A stretch of 36,809 nt of DNA from a virus. Its lineage: Duplodnaviria > Caudoviricetes. Made by a program: the position numbers and the translations under genes. Below the pieces are notes generated by a model that did no database searches, was not told where the DNA came from, and saw nothing but the letters and a program-made list of their open reading frames with translations. The first letter of the stretch is position 1; each line of letters opens with the position of its first letter. The stretch covers positions 1 to 36,809 of IMG/VR virus record IMGVR_UViG_3300032330_002083; one strand, 5' to 3'. Shown one piece after another: positions 26,259 to 34,611 of the stretch.

Positions 26259-26641
26259 AATATTTCGGATGGGTTCATTCCCATGCTCTGTATTTTTTCC
26301 ATCTGTCGGTGGAACTGTGATTGCTCGACCGACAAAATAAAACCCATTGTTTCTACGGCAAAATCATTTGCTTGCTCAAAACGTTCGTCGTCGCAGTCAT
26401 CAATCCATGTTCCAACCTCCGCAATCGTTAGCGTTTCTTTCAAACTCGCATCACCCACAACCAAAGCACAATAAAACAAGACCTTGATTTGCGTGATCGG
26501 ATTATCAATATTTAGCTTTTTATCTTTCGAAAGTTCCGTGATGCTATCAAGATACATTTCCTGCGTTCCCATCGAAAACTTTAATGTACGCTCAACTCCA
26601 CCGATATTGAGCGTACAAAAATTATGTTTTTTGCTAATCAT
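26231..26641 (-). CDS. Tail assembly chaperone gpG
   Basis: Between major tail and tape measure genes; L.IGG.ER.LKF pattern. Confidence 0.8.
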   Translation of the reverse strand: MISKKHNFCTLNIGGVERTLKFSMGTQEMYLDSITELSKDKKLNIDNPITQIKVLFYCALVVGDASLKETLTIAEVGTWIDDCDDERFEQANDFAVETMGFILSVEQSQFHRQMEKIQSMGMNPSEILEKALSSKS

Positions 26642-27069
26642 TAAGCAGTCACTAAAGTATTAGTAGTAAAAGTCTGAAACTCAAAACTTGCGTCATATTT
26701 ACTGTTGTCTGATACACTCGCAGTCAATTTGAATGATGAAGCATAAGCAGTTCCAGTCAAAATTCTATCGCCTACCGTTTTGGTTTTAAATGCTATCGTA
26801 AGCAAAGTATTTCCCAAAATAGCATCGAGCCAATCAAAATAGCCTACGTTTAAGGCTTCTTCTGCGGTTGTGTAAACGTATGCAAGGCCTTTCAAAGTAC
26901 CTTTAATCGTCTTTTTTCCTGGTCTTGCTGTCTTAATATCTCCGCTACCTGCACATAGTGTCGATAGCATATCTGATGAAATATCTAATGAAATTTCGTC
27001 GGCACAAGCTACGGCTAATGTTCCTACGAAAATATCAATTTCAGTCCCTAACATGGTTGGTCTTGGCAT
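26641..27069 (-). CDS. Major tail tube protein
   Basis: VAC.....L.IS.D..ST.C.........PG.K pattern and position. Confidence 0.85.
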   Translation of the reverse strand: MPRPTMLGTEIDIFVGTLAVACADEISLDISSDMLSTLCAGSGDIKTARPGKKTIKGTLKGLAYVYTTAEEALNVGYFDWLDAILGNTLLTIAFKTKTVGDRILTGTAYASSFKLTASVSDNSKYDASFEFQTFTTNTLVTA

Positions 27070-27073
27070 TGCT

Positions 27074-27457
27074 TTATTTGTTTATCGTTATTTTGAAATC
27101 GTAACTTATATGAGCCAATCGGCTGTCTTTTTCTTTTTCACTTGCTCCCAGTCCTGTAAAATCAATGTTTAGCACACTAATACCCGAAAGCACTCCACTA
27201 AATCTTTCTAAATCAGTTCTGATTAAATTCACTATCGTTCTGGCACTTGCATATCGCTCTGCAAAAACGCTATATTGAATGGTCACCTCGTCTTGTATGC
27301 AATGAGCAGTATAAATCGGCTCTATCGTTATTACAGTATACACAACATAAGGTTTTGCACCACCTTGCGGAGCCTCATTAACATAAATCCTATCGGCCAC
27401 CAAAGCAGTAAGCGTGGTATTCAATAATAATTTAGTTCTGAGTGCGTCCTCTATCAT
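27074..27457 (-). CDS. Tail terminator/completion protein (DUF3168-like)
   Basis: L..LV..RIY...APQG...PYVVY motif. Confidence 0.85.
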   Translation of the reverse strand: MIEDALRTKLLLNTTLTALVADRIYVNEAPQGGAKPYVVYTVITIEPIYTAHCIQDEVTIQYSVFAERYASARTIVNLIRTDLERFSGVLSGISVLNIDFTGLGASEKEKDSRLAHISYDFKITINK

Positions 27458-27891
27458 AATCCGTTCAATCGTCTATCAACTTCTCTTTGTATTTCCTGTG
27501 TATAAATCCTTTCTTGTTGCTCTCTGGTGGCCGAATCCGCTCGCCTCATAAAAGGCCGTGCTGGCATATCTTGCGTACCATATTCTAAAAAATGAGCAAT
27601 AAAACCCTTTAGCGGTTTTCCGTTTCCTCCTCTACCTTTCTTAAATCCTACAATTACCTGATACTCACCGAGTTGTTTATACTTAGTTTTTGCAACTCTT
27701 AGAGTTCTTGCAAACTCACCGGTACGCTCAGGTACTGTTACGTCCATTCTTTGCCTTACCACATTTGCCGCCTTCTTTAGTGCAGCAATATGTATTTCTT
27801 CATTGACCGATATCGACATATTTCTCAAGGCAGACTCTAAGCCTTCAAGACTTTCACCACCCTCAACCCCGATATCAAATACAAAAGCCAT
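27454..27891 (-). CDS. HK97 gp10-like tail component
   Basis: P.RTG....L and AHFLEYGT..MPARPFMR motifs. Confidence 0.9.
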   Translation of the reverse strand: MAFVFDIGVEGGESLEGLESALRNMSISVNEEIHIAALKKAANVVRQRMDVTVPERTGEFARTLRVAKTKYKQLGEYQVIVGFKKGRGGNGKPLKGFIAHFLEYGTQDMPARPFMRRADSATREQQERIYTQEIQREVDRRLNGL

Positions 27892-28130
27892 TATTTTTTA
27901 GTTGATTTAGTAACTTCTTTATCACTACCATCCGAATGATACGTTTCCTGTTGTGCTGGCTTTTCAGCATCAACATTCATCAAATTATTTAATACCTTAT
28001 TCACAAATAATCCACCAGCAATACCCTCAATAGCCTCTTTTTCAGGCAAATAATAAACCACGCCCTTGCAATGAGTACCAGTATTTTTTATTGCTAAAAC
28101 TTCCATTATCGTTGTTGTCTTTGTTTGCAC
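27891..28130 (-). CDS. Small hypothetical structural-region protein
   Basis: Coupled ORF; G.VY.LP..EA...I..G pattern resembles 29020-29157. Confidence 0.55.
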   Translation of the reverse strand: MQTKTTTIMEVLAIKNTGTHCKGVVYYLPEKEAIEGIAGGLFVNKVLNNLMNVDAEKPAQQETYHSDGSDKEVTKSTKK

Positions 28131-28453
28131 ACCAAAACTAAAAAATCATTCCTACCCATCATACGTACATTTTCTATGTCATATATAAATCCTTTAGCCA
28201 CCTCTACCACTCTCATTTTTGTACTTGGCATTGTCTTGTGTAATGGGTATCTAATTGTAAACTCCATCATGTCCGATGATACCCTTTGCATTCCTTCTAC
28301 ATTTTCCTGCTCTTCATTCGTTACCTGCTTATACATCGCCCAGGTATTATAATGTAGCTCCCAACTCTGAGAGGCCATTTCTCCAGCAATTAGCGTTTCG
28401 ATAGGCTTTTCTATCGTAATTCTTAAATCCAATTTGCCAGAATCTATTTTCAT
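28106..28453 (-). CDS. Head closure / head-tail adaptor (SPP1 gp16-like)
   Basis: G.L..RITI, WA, FTIRY, MRV and YDI..V motifs. Confidence 0.9.
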   Translation of the reverse strand: MKIDSGKLDLRITIEKPIETLIAGEMASQSWELHYNTWAMYKQVTNEEQENVEGMQRVSSDMMEFTIRYPLHKTMPSTKMRVVEVAKGFIYDIENVRMMGRNDFLVLVCKQRQQR

Positions 28454-29019
28454 ACTCGCATCATTCTATGTTTTCGTAAAATACTTTCTGCTACGGTCGG
28501 AAACTCCTTTTTCCCATTATCACGGTTATTGTACCATTCGCCAACCATCAACTGCATAGCGGTTTTGATATAATTAGGTACATTAGCCAACTCGTAGCCA
28601 CAGGTAACAGTCACTTTCACAGCATCCAAACGGTCTTGCACCGTTGGTAATGTTCCTTTATACCTAATCAAAACGCCCTCGTTTGAGTATTTAAACTTTT
28701 CATAATTAGCCAAATCCAAATCTACATGAGTGGTACCATTATGGTATTTCACCGAATCAATAGAAATACACGGATATTTATTTACATCAAAAGCACAAAA
28801 GCCAGTAAAATTGAAAATAAATACCCCTTTTCTAATTACCTTGTTTAAATAGGCTTCAATCTCTCCCTCAGCAGCTAATATCAGCGATTCAACCAGCCCA
28901 TATTCAGGATGATTAACCGCATAGCCATCTATTCGGCACCACGTAAATGCTTGTTCAACACTTACGATTGTTCCAGCTTCTCGAGAAACCTCTACACCAC
29001 TTAGAAAAGGGATATCCAT
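28450..29019 (-). CDS. Head-tail connector (gp6-like, long form)
   Basis: LI.AA...IE.YL; VP..IK.A..LMVG.WY.NR. Confidence 0.9.
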   Translation of the reverse strand: MDIPFLSGVEVSREAGTIVSVEQAFTWCRIDGYAVNHPEYGLVESLILAAEGEIEAYLNKVIRKGVFIFNFTGFCAFDVNKYPCISIDSVKYHNGTTHVDLDLANYEKFKYSNEGVLIRYKGTLPTVQDRLDAVKVTVTCGYELANVPNYIKTAMQLMVGEWYNNRDNGKKEFPTVAESILRKHRMMRV

Positions 29020-29157
29020 TTATTTTACTTTTTCAGCTAATCCGTATTTTATCCAATCCTGTGCTATTTCTTCAGGCACTTCTATTATTTCATCTTTTGT
29101 GAGGTGGTATTCACCACCCCCAAAAGACTGCAAAGCTTTTACTTTTACTTTTTTCAT
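29020..29157 (-). CDS. 45-aa ORF missing from the ORF track (MKKVKVKALQSFGGGEY...WIKYGLAEKVK)
   Basis: TAATG-coupled to the capsid stop; typical small post-capsid protein. Confidence 0.75.
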   Translation of the reverse strand: MKKVKVKALQSFGGGEYHLTKDEIIEVPEEIAQDWIKYGLAEKVK

Positions 29158-30374
29158 TATGCGTGAGTCAATTTCTTGATGGCAGCCGAATTAATGATTT
29201 TAGCATCTACTCTCTGGAAGTAGTTGAACGCTACCTGATCAGAACCTTTGAACAATTCGTCAGTACGAACCAAACGAGGCTGGTTTACAGTACGAACAAT
29301 ATATTTAGAGAAGTCACCCGCAATTACCGAAGTTGCACCAGTTGCAATACTCGCCATGTCGTCGTTGATCACAAACGGCACATTAAAGATTGTGTCTGGA
29401 GCTCCGCCTTTCACACCCATATTGAAAATATAGTTGTTTTGCGAATCTTTTAATTTTCTAAGCGTCAATAATGTAGCATCGTTAAACATCAAATAAAAAC
29501 TTGGAGAACGACGATACGATGAATTGATTTTGTGAATCAATTCCAAAACGTTATCGGCAGTTAAGGCCGTAGCACCTGCACTTACACCCGATGCACTCGC
29601 ACCAGTCACAACACCCTGAGGTTGTCCAGATCCTGTACCAGTAGTCAGGTGTTCAGCCAAAGCACGAGCATTACGCTCTACAATCGCCTCTGTTACCATA
29701 GCAGTAATATTGAAATCAGAATCTTCAATTAATTCTTGTGGTACTTTAATCCAGCCTGTTTTGTATTTGTAGGCCGAAAGCGATACCGAGCCAAAGCTTA
29801 AATCAGTACCGTTACTGATGTCAGTATTTTCTGCAACAATCACCGATTTGTTAGCAGTATCGTCAAGCGTTGGTAGGTCTAAAGTATTACCACGGCTATC
29901 AGTCAAAATACGAGCAACCGAATACACACCACCGTAAGCTTTCAAGGCCATATCAACCTCGTTAAACAAACTACGTGGCACTAACACACCACCAGTTGCA
30001 GCCGTTTGCGTAGTTGCGGCACGGTTCTGAGCCAAAAACACCGAACGCTCTTGAGCAGAAAACCCATTTTCTTCCTGAAATCTCGCCCACTTATCAAAAG
30101 CACGCTCATAAATTTCAGCCTGCTTCGATTTGTCAAAAGTTACCTCTCTCTCAAAACTTGTTTGAGCTGTCTCACGCTCTTGTGCTTCCAAAGCTTCTGT
30201 ACGCTTTATTTGTCGGTCAAGCACAACAACATCATTTTCCATTTTCTGATATTGCTCACGGTCTTCTGCATTCGCAAAACCATCATTTTCAGTTGAGCCT
30301 GTACTGCGGTCGTTTACTACACGCATATCAGTCACCAACTTATTTCTTTTGTCTTTTAATTCGAGTAAATCCAT
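29157..30374 (-). CDS. HK97-fold major capsid protein with delta domain
   Basis: Coiled-coil N-terminus, GGVLVP, ELIEDS.F, G.GSGQPQG and GDFSKY motifs. Confidence 0.96.
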   Translation of the reverse strand: MDLLELKDKRNKLVTDMRVVNDRSTGSTENDGFANAEDREQYQKMENDVVVLDRQIKRTEALEAQERETAQTSFEREVTFDKSKQAEIYERAFDKWARFQEENGFSAQERSVFLAQNRAATTQTAATGGVLVPRSLFNEVDMALKAYGGVYSVARILTDSRGNTLDLPTLDDTANKSVIVAENTDISNGTDLSFGSVSLSAYKYKTGWIKVPQELIEDSDFNITAMVTEAIVERNARALAEHLTTGTGSGQPQGVVTGASASGVSAGATALTADNVLELIHKINSSYRRSPSFYLMFNDATLLTLRKLKDSQNNYIFNMGVKGGAPDTIFNVPFVINDDMASIATGATSVIAGDFSKYIVRTVNQPRLVRTDELFKGSDQVAFNYFQRVDAKIINSAAIKKLTHA

Positions 30375-30395
30375 TGCTATATTTTGATTTTTAAA

Positions 30396-31058
30396 TTAAT
30401 ACTTTCCCATAATGTCAATTTTTCGGCCTCTCATAGCTTTCATACCTTTTCGCATAAAATCAGCCGAGCAATCCTCTTCTTCTTCCTCAACTACTTCAAT
30501 ATCCTCTACCTCAAGCATTCCGCTTTCTTCTAAGCTACGCATAGCAACGGTCAAATCTGTTTGGGTAAATGCAGGGTCAAATACAGGTCCAATGTGCACA
30601 ATTGCACGAATCCTGTTTACCGTCCTGATATAAGTGCTGTCGGCTTGTCTCTCCCAAGTATCATCGCCCGCCATTGTCAAATAGCGAAAAGAATTACCCT
30701 GGTAATCACCTCTGTTTGTAAACTCTATTACTTTATTGCCAATTTCAAGATTAGGCAGCTCGCATTCAAACGTCATTCCTCTATCATCTTTCCCAATCTT
30801 CAAAGTATTAGGCACACGGCCCAAAAACTCATTTTTATCGTCGTGATTCAAACAGCATTTAACGTTTGATAAATCGGCAACATCCAAAGCAGATGATGGT
30901 ATAATTTCACGAAAAACAACTTTCTGTCCTGCTCTTTCTCCAATCAATGGTTCAGACAAAACATTAAACGGCAACCAATAGCCCGAAAGAGATTTCCCTT
31001 TCATTACTGGCTTAGTTAGTTCACTTACTACGGCTCTATTTTCAAAAAATCCTTCCAT
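30396..31058 (-). CDS. HK97-type prohead protease
   Basis: F.E.I...A, LNHD, SF and V..PAF..T motifs. Confidence 0.92.
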   Translation of the reverse strand: MEGFFENRAVVSELTKPVMKGKSLSGYWLPFNVLSEPLIGERAGQKVVFREIIPSSALDVADLSNVKCCLNHDDKNEFLGRVPNTLKIGKDDRGMTFECELPNLEIGNKVIEFTNRGDYQGNSFRYLTMAGDDTWERQADSTYIRTVNRIRAIVHIGPVFDPAFTQTDLTVAMRSLEESGMLEVEDIEVVEEEEEDCSADFMRKGMKAMRGRKIDIMGKY

Positions 31059-32344
31059 CAGGCACCTATTTTATTATCAAGTTTTTTTGCATTCCAAAGT
31101 GCTTCGTCGAGTGGCATATCGCCAGAACCTACAAAAGGCAGATCACACATTGGGTTATCTATTCTATTTTCACCTTCACGCTCACGAATCATATTACCCG
31201 TAATCGACCCAGTTTTAAATCTGTTCATATACACCAAACTACGGCTCACGCTATCAGCCCTAAGCACATAATCAATTTCAAGATTGAAATAATGATTAGG
31301 TTTATCACGGTTTAAAAGTAGTTTGCGTTTAAATTCTTGTTCTATTTTTTCAGACCAGGGTAACAAACAATCTACCTTAAAATCATCCGATTGTTGTTCA
31401 ATATTATTATTAGTCGAGCGGTCGAGCGATTGTAATTTGTGAAGAGGTACACGGTACATTCTTGCAACTTCCTCCACCTGAAACTTACGAGTAGCCAGCG
31501 TCTCTGCATCTTGGGGAGACATCGTTAGGGTCGTAACAGAATTACCATTTTCCAACAAAAAGAAATCCTTATCGCCTCGCATCGAATCTTTAATGCTCTG
31601 ATTCAAACGGTCATAAGCAGGGTCAGAAAGCTCGCCTTGTGTAGAAAACACCGCCTTAGATTTTAGATTACCCTTATAAAACTTCGACATCGTGTTTTGT
31701 GCCTGAATACCTAACGCAATACTCTCACTTGCTATGCTAATTGGACTTTTACCAATAATACCATTGCTACCAATGCAAGTAATATGGATCATATCACGTT
31801 TTTCTACCAATTGCCCAAAAACATAATAATACAGCGTTTCGCCCGATGGCTGCTTTAGGTAGTAGGGCGTACATTCAAAGTTTTCTAATATTTGTAGTTG
31901 TATCGGCTGGCCAGCCCCATTTCTAAAAATCCTTGCAAAGCCATTTCCCCAAGTTAGGGCATTGTTTACCAAAGTTTCCTTAAAAGTAAACCACGTCATA
32001 AAATCGTTTGGCTCTTTCATCAACATTTCATACAAATTATGATCTGTTGCTTCGGTAGTTCTACCGTCTTGGCGTTTCATCAACCGCAACGGCAAGTTTG
32101 CAATACTTTCAGAAATGATTTTTTTTGCAGAATAAACCGCCGTAAAGCAGTCCGCATTGGCTGGGCTAATAGTTATGCCAGCATTTGTATAAGAAGAAGT
32201 ACCAGTTAATTCGTCCCAATTGTCTATATTATTTCCATTGTACCTAATAGAAGACGTCGAGCGATTCTCGGCAAATAAATTACCGAAATTCTCTGCAAAA
32301 TTCCCTATTCGATGGAAAATATTCATAAAAAAGCTGGCCGACAT
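31058..32344 (-). CDS. HK97-family portal protein (start may be 32326)
   Basis: IA.LPL, PN..MT, GN.FA.I.R, G.SP, EEVARMYRVP and NNIEQQ motifs. Confidence 0.96.
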   Translation of the reverse strand: MSASFFMNIFHRIGNFAENFGNLFAENRSTSSIRYNGNNIDNWDELTGTSSYTNAGITISPANADCFTAVYSAKKIISESIANLPLRLMKRQDGRTTEATDHNLYEMLMKEPNDFMTWFTFKETLVNNALTWGNGFARIFRNGAGQPIQLQILENFECTPYYLKQPSGETLYYYVFGQLVEKRDMIHITCIGSNGIIGKSPISIASESIALGIQAQNTMSKFYKGNLKSKAVFSTQGELSDPAYDRLNQSIKDSMRGDKDFFLLENGNSVTTLTMSPQDAETLATRKFQVEEVARMYRVPLHKLQSLDRSTNNNIEQQSDDFKVDCLLPWSEKIEQEFKRKLLLNRDKPNHYFNLEIDYVLRADSVSRSLVYMNRFKTGSITGNMIREREGENRIDNPMCDLPFVGSGDMPLDEALWNAKKLDNKIGA

Positions 32345-32495
32345 TCGGCCTTGAGTAATTGGAATGAGTAAATTTCCAACTATTCAACGGCTTCAACACG
32401 GAAGTTTTTTCCGTTTTTTTTAATATCTATATTTTGCTTGTTTTTAATATTTTTTTGTACTCTAAAATATATTTTTAAATATTTATAAAAATAAT

Positions 32496-32564
32496 TGTCA
32501 ATATATATTGACATTCCAATAAAAAGCATTATCTTTATATCATCAAACAGCAACAAAGCGGTTT
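32496..32564 (+). promoter_or_regulatory. Cassette-2 promoter, operator and leader hairpin
   Basis: Perfect palindrome TGTCAATATATATTGACA at 32496-32513; -7-like TATCTTTA at 32530-32537; hairpin AAACAGC-AACAAA-GCGGTTT at 32545-32564. Confidence 0.7.
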
Positions 32565-32581
32565 GCTAAATAAATAAGACA

Positions 32582-32866
32582 ATGTTATTATCTGAAAAAT
32601 TATTCGCAGAAATTAAAGAATCAACAAAAGTTAAAATGTTTATTGATGAATCAGCAAACATTTTTTGGGTTTCAAAAGATGGTCATTATGTTTGGATGTC
32701 ACAAGATTCAACTTACAATGAATATCTTGATGAAACTCACATTGAAGTAGAACAAAAATCACCTGAAGGTGTTGGAAATACAGGGGTATATTGGAATAAT
32801 GAAGATTTTAATAATCCTTTCCATGTTACTGATTTTGAAGAAAGAATCGCAACTATCAATATTTAA
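32582..32866 (+). CDS. Small acidic protein (cassette-2 cargo A)
   Basis: About 18 D/E versus 7 K/R in 94 aa; antisense to the late operon. Confidence 0.75.
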   Translation: MLLSEKLFAEIKESTKVKMFIDESANIFWVSKDGHYVWMSQDSTYNEYLDETHIEVEQKSPEGVGNTGVYWNNEDFNNPFHVTDFEERIATINI

Positions 32867-32906
32867 CAAAAAAAACTATATCATTCAATCTATAAATTAT
32901 AAGACT

Positions 32907-33188
32907 ATGAAAAACTTAAAAACAGTTTACAATTTTTCTAAAAAATTCACAGGTTATGGTCATTGGGAAATTTCAGTAGAAATAGACAATGAAAAATATG
33001 ATTCTGAATCAGACAATTATGACGAAAAAGAGCGAAAAATAATATCATATACAACGACTAACTCTATGGACATTGATGCTGGCAATATGAGATCCTTAGC
33101 GGAAGAATGTTTAATTAAAAATAAATATAATGATGAAGAATTTGATTTGTCAGAATTATCATCGGGAGAAGTTGAAGAAGAAAATTAA
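32907..33188 (+). CDS. Small acidic protein (cassette-2 cargo B; start corrected to MKNLK)
   Basis: ATAAGACTATG start context shared with its neighbours; about 23 D/E versus 11 K/R in 93 aa. Confidence 0.75.
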   Translation: MKNLKTVYNFSKKFTGYGHWEISVEIDNEKYDSESDNYDEKERKIISYTTTNSMDIDAGNMRSLAEECLIKNKYNDEEFDLSELSSGEVEEEN

Positions 33189-33193
33189 TAATT

Positions 33194-33231
33194 AAAAGCC
33201 CCCTCGGTTGCTCTATTAACTTTGGGGGCTT
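33194..33231 (+). ncRNA. Conserved 38-nt structured RNA element, copy 2
   Basis: 33/38 identical to 10293-10330. Confidence 0.7.
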
Positions 33232-33244
33232 AATAAATAAGACT

Positions 33245-33484
33245 ATGCAAGATAACACAATAAGTTGGAAACAAAGATTTAAAAGCATGAAAGATTTTTA
33301 TGGATATTCTTTGGAAGACATATCAGAAATAACTGGGAATAGTTATGGCTCTGTCAGAACCGTAATAAGTAGTAAAGACTTTCCAAGATGGCTAAAATTA
33401 GCAATTGTAAATTATGAAATGGAGCGTGAACGTGAAATTGAAAAAGACCCAGATTTTAATCCAAGTATTTTTGAAAATGAATAA
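33245..33484 (+). CDS. Small HTH regulator (Aca-like position)
   Basis: YSLEDISEITGNSYGSVR HTH followed by FPRWLKLAI. Confidence 0.75.
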   Translation: MQDNTISWKQRFKSMKDFYGYSLEDISEITGNSYGSVRTVISSKDFPRWLKLAIVNYEMEREREIEKDPDFNPSIFENE

Positions 33485-33489
33485 TTTAA

Positions 33490-33780
33490 TTATTTATTCT
33501 TAACCTGCTTTTTTCGTTCGTCCAATTTATTAATGGCTTTAATATCTCCCGACTTAGCCATTTCAAATAATTTTAAATCAATCAAATAGCCACTATAATC
33601 CACACCTTTGTTATATAATTTTTTTATTTCAGAATTTTCATTTCTAAATTCTTTTTCAAAAACCTCTCTATCAAAAGACATAATACTACATATTTTTGAA
33701 ACTGGATAGCCTAATGCACCCATATTTTGCAGCATCATGCTTTGTTCTTCTGTTAATTTATTCATTAGATAACCAATCAA
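33490..33780 (-). CDS. HTH protein resembling small-terminase-like DNA-binding proteins
   Basis: GALGY.VSKI...M HTH-like start; Y.KG.......L.EMAKSGD..A..L. Confidence 0.5.
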   Translation of the reverse strand: MIGYLMNKLTEEQSMMLQNMGALGYPVSKICSIMSFDREVFEKEFRNENSEIKKLYNKGVDYSGYLIDLKLFEMAKSGDIKAINKLDERKKQVKNK

Positions 33781-34390
33781 ATTGGTTTTTTAAATTGTTA
33801 AAAATTCTATCAAGCGATCTATTAACAATTGATGAATCTGGAGTAAATCCAACTGGCATTTCTCCAAAAGTTTGCGTTATAAAATTTTTATAAAAATCAT
33901 ATATTTCAGTTGATTCGTCAATTTCAAAACTTTCACAAGTCCTATTAGCATTTAAATTCATTGAAGTTCTAATAACAATTTTATAATTGTCATTAGCAAT
34001 TAAACAAAACTTGGCGTGTAGTTCGGAAGTTCTTATATTTTCTTTCCCAAATAATTCAGTCAATTGCAATGCGTATTTTGATTGTCGAGTAACATAGGAA
34101 TGATCTGTAACAAGTAAAAATGATTTTATTAAATTGCTATCAACCATCCATTTTACCGTATTTGCATCTTTTATTCCAGCCGACCATGTAGCACAAATAA
34201 CATCTGAACTACCTATATTTTGTAAGATTGAGTAAATCAAATCAATTAATGAAAATTGTCCTCTTGTAAGCCCAATTATTCTAATATCTTTTTTAATTAA
34301 TCTTGCAACCTCAGAAGCCGTGGTATTAGGCATATAGGCCAAAGATGCTTTTTTTTGTGGTAATTCTTTAACTATATCTAATATTTTCAT
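33758..34390 (-). CDS. Single-domain phospholipase D-superfamily protein (putative nuclease)
   Basis: HAK(x)...SMNL variant of the HKD motif. Confidence 0.7.
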   Translation of the reverse strand: MKILDIVKELPQKKASLAYMPNTTASEVARLIKKDIRIIGLTRGQFSLIDLIYSILQNIGSSDVICATWSAGIKDANTVKWMVDSNLIKSFLLVTDHSYVTRQSKYALQLTELFGKENIRTSELHAKFCLIANDNYKIVIRTSMNLNANRTCESFEIDESTEIYDFYKNFITQTFGEMPVGFTPDSSIVNRSLDRIFNNLKNQFDWLSNE

Positions 34391-34611
34391 TTTTTATATT
34401 TTCTTGAATTTCTAAAAGAATCAGAATCAGAATACGGAGCGGCCAAACCTTTTTCCTGCTCAAACTTTTGTCGAGCATCATCAAAAGCATCAGGCAATTT
34501 CATTTTTGCACGATTTTCACTAACTAAATCAGAAAAATACTCTTGTGGTGTTTTTAGCTTCTTCATTTTATCCAAGTGGTCTAAGTCTAATAACTTTCTC
34601 TTCCTCTTCAA
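34387..34611 (-). CDS. Small basic hypothetical protein downstream of terL
   Basis: Coupled ORF; true start may be the internal MKKLK. Confidence 0.6.
   Translation of the reverse strand: MKRKRKLLDLDHLDKMKKLKTPQEYFSDLVSENRAKMKLPDAFDDARQKFEQEKGLAAPYSDSDSFRNSRKYKK

Noticed and set aside
9838-32395. Shared 10-mer AACGGCTTCA upstream of both cassettes (9838-9847, 32386-32395)
   Set aside because: Many 10-mer matches are expected by chance in 37 kb and the flanks do not align
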